Shown here: positions 5,103 to 6,417 of the stretch, in pieces
Numbering within the stretch: position 1 is the stretch's first letter
How the letters are laid out: each line of letters opens with the position of its first letter
Origin: a virus
Virus record (IMG/VR): IMGVR_UViG_3300022758_000016
Location: 1-6,417 of that record
Reading direction: 5' to 3' (one strand)
DNA: 6,417 nucleotides
The notes under the pieces: generated by a model
Databases searched by the model: none
Told to the model about the DNA's origin: nothing
The model's input: only the letters and a program-made list of their open reading frames with translations
Program-made: the position numbers and the translations under genes

Positions 5103-6417
5103 TTATTCCAAGCGAGGAACAACAACACGAGATATAGGCAATTGGGCAGTACAATCAAAGTGTATCTGACCTAAAATTTTGTCAGAGACCTCGGTAACAG
5201 AAAATACATTATTGACGGAGCCAGGTTGCATAACAGTAAATTCCTTACCTAATTCAGGCGCATTTTCAAAAGAGCGGAACATAATGAAATTACGCAAAGA
5301 AGATAAGAAAAGACCGTGAGCACGATCATTCTTTTGCACATATTCATACCAAGGACGCTGATAACCAAATACAGTATCAAGAGACTTACCCTCAGAATAA
5401 GCCTGAAGAGGAGAGAGCTCACGAAGGTAAATAGGTTGATAACCAATATGATCAAATTCAGGGTTGAAAGAATCAAGACGCTCGCGATAAGTAAGCCACT
5501 TAGGCAAAACAGAATCGTAAACAGGCATAGGCATAACATACATAACACCCATGACAACGCTTTCCTCATCGCAAAAGACAGAAATCGAGCCGTCACTATT
5601 ACCAAAACAAGTCGCAAGGCCAGCCTGGGAGCCCAAAGAACCAACATAAACACCTGTATCAGTAGTCTCTACGGTCTGCGTGATAGGATTAACTATAATA
5701 TCACGAGTAATACCACCGAGATATTCAGGCATATTGAGAGCGTCATAACGAACATTGACATCAAAACGACCCTCAATAATCTCCTTATAGCTAAATCCGC
5801 GGAATTGATTAAGCTCAAGGTAACGCTGATAAGCATTAACATTACGGAAATCATTAATGGAAATACCGGAAGTAACAGGAGACACGAGAGACTGCATATT
5901 AACAGCTTCGCCAGCTTTCAAAGGCGTATAGTTAACACCCTTAAGAGCTTCACCATTACTTTCAAAATCAACTTTAAACGCATTACCCTCTTCGTCAACA
6001 ATTGCAGTATTGACAGTAGTAACCTCATGCCCAGCATCATTAATAGTCTTAGTTTCATAGGTAGTCAAGCCAACAAGAGGCGCAACACCTTGCTGAGGAG
6101 AAGTCAAAGCAGTGGTATAAGCATCAGACTGCCAATTAGCATACATCAAAGAAGTAGGAGTAGAGCTATCAGCACCACCTTCCTCTGAAGTTATCCAACG
6201 ATTATACGTCTTTTTACCATTAAGCAAGAAGGGATTATTGCGAGTATTGCGGATATAAGCGTTATAAATAGCCTCATACGCGCGAAATGGATAAGCAGAA
6301 ATTTTAATAGCATCCTTGCCCGAATTAAAAGCTCCGTAATAGGGAGATATAGGAGTGTCAGAGGTAGCAGGCAAGAAGCGAACGAAATCCAAAGAAAAAT
6401 CCACAAGCTTAAGCAAA
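5103..6417 (-). CDS. Major capsid protein (VP1 / F-like), C-terminal part. It is the same gene as 1-1167; bases 6291-6417 duplicate 1-127. Stop TAA at 5105-5103.
   Basis: The 437-aa ORF in the track is open to the window edge; its leading M is a TTG picked by the ORF caller. Its first residues (LLKLVDFSLDFVRFLPATSD...) are exactly what I obtain reading downstream from the ATG at 1167 through position 127. Length and composition suit a microvirus capsid protein with large insertions. Confidence 0.9.
   Translation of the reverse strand, partial: LLKLVDFSLDFVRFLPATSDTPISPYYGAFNSGKDAIKISAYPFRAYEAIYNAYIRNTRNNPFLLNGKKTYNRWITSEEGGADSSTPTSLMYANWQSDAYTTALTSPQQGVAPLVGLTTYETKTINDAGHEVTTVNTAIVDEEGNAFKVDFESNGEALKGVNYTPLKAGEAVNMQSLVSPVTSGISINDFRNVNAYQRYLELNQFRGFSYKEIIEGRFDVNVRYDALNMPEYLGGITRDIIVNPITQTVETTDTGVYVGSLGSQAGLATCFGNSDGSISVFCDEESVVMGVMYVMPMPVYDSVLPKWLTYRERLDSFNPEFDHIGYQPIYLRELSPLQAYSEGKSLDTVFGYQRPWYEYVQKNDRAHGLFLSSLRNFIMFRSFENAPELGKEFTVMQPGSVNNVFSVTEVSDKILGQIHFDCTAQLPISRVVVPRLE
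6291..6417. repeat. Terminal direct repeat, copy B (wrap-around of the circular genome).
   Basis: Identical to 1-127. The minus-strand capsid ORF reads across it in frame. Confidence 0.9.

Noticed and set aside
5316-6188. 290-aa plus-strand ORF antisense to the capsid gene (Ile/Asn/Arg/Thr-rich).
   Set aside because: The plus strand is strongly T-depleted, so TAA, TAG and TGA are rare and long spurious antisense ORFs are expected. The protein is low-complexity and has no codon-position signal of its own. Microviridae transcribe one strand only.
1-6417. Integrase, att sites, CRISPR arrays, tRNA/rRNA genes, and a separate spike (G-like) or scaffold (VP3/D-like) gene.
   Set aside because: None found. 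There are no tandem repeat-spacer arrays, no tRNA-like cloverleaf candidates and no recombinase motifs. The remaining coding capacity is fully accounted for by the six ORFs. The wrap-around repeat argues for a free circular genome rather than a prophage.

Overview
The window is one complete circular ssDNA phage genome of the family Microviridae, 6290 bp long. It is written slightly past its own end: bases 1-127 are identical to 6291-6417. All six supportable genes lie on the minus strand, which is T-rich with T-ending codons, as in phiX174-like and gokushovirus coding strands. Two genes are confidently identified. One is a 784-aa major capsid protein (VP1/F-like) that runs across the circular junction (1167->1, continuing 6290->5103). 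The other is a 515-aa rolling-circle replication initiator (VP4/A-like) with all three HUH superfamily motifs verified in the DNA (FITLTY, HYHLLL, YITKYMVK). A 383-aa protein with a Gly/Ala-rich N-terminus and a long coiled-coil matches the VP2/H minor capsid or DNA-pilot architecture. Three small ORFs share the T-ending codon bias of the real genes and are candidate novel accessory genes. The first is a 101-aa mildly basic protein between VP1 and VP2. The second is a 91-99-aa single-pass membrane protein that overlaps the Rep 3' end in another frame and whose stop overlaps the VP1 ATG (TAATG). The third is a 70-aa ORF whose stop lies 1 nt before the Rep ATG and which contains a T8 slippery tract at the start of a doubly-open overlap. 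A 442-nt noncoding region (3119-3560) carries GC-rich palindromes, an alternating (GC)n tract and CGCT(C/T) iteron-like repeats. This is the best candidate for the origin and promoter region. No Shine-Dalgarno sequence precedes any gene, upstream regions are A/T-rich, and the genome is about 6.3 kb with an enlarged VP1. Together these suggest a Bacteroidetes-infecting Alpavirinae-like microvirus; this is inference. The long plus-strand ORFs are antisense artefacts of T depletion.
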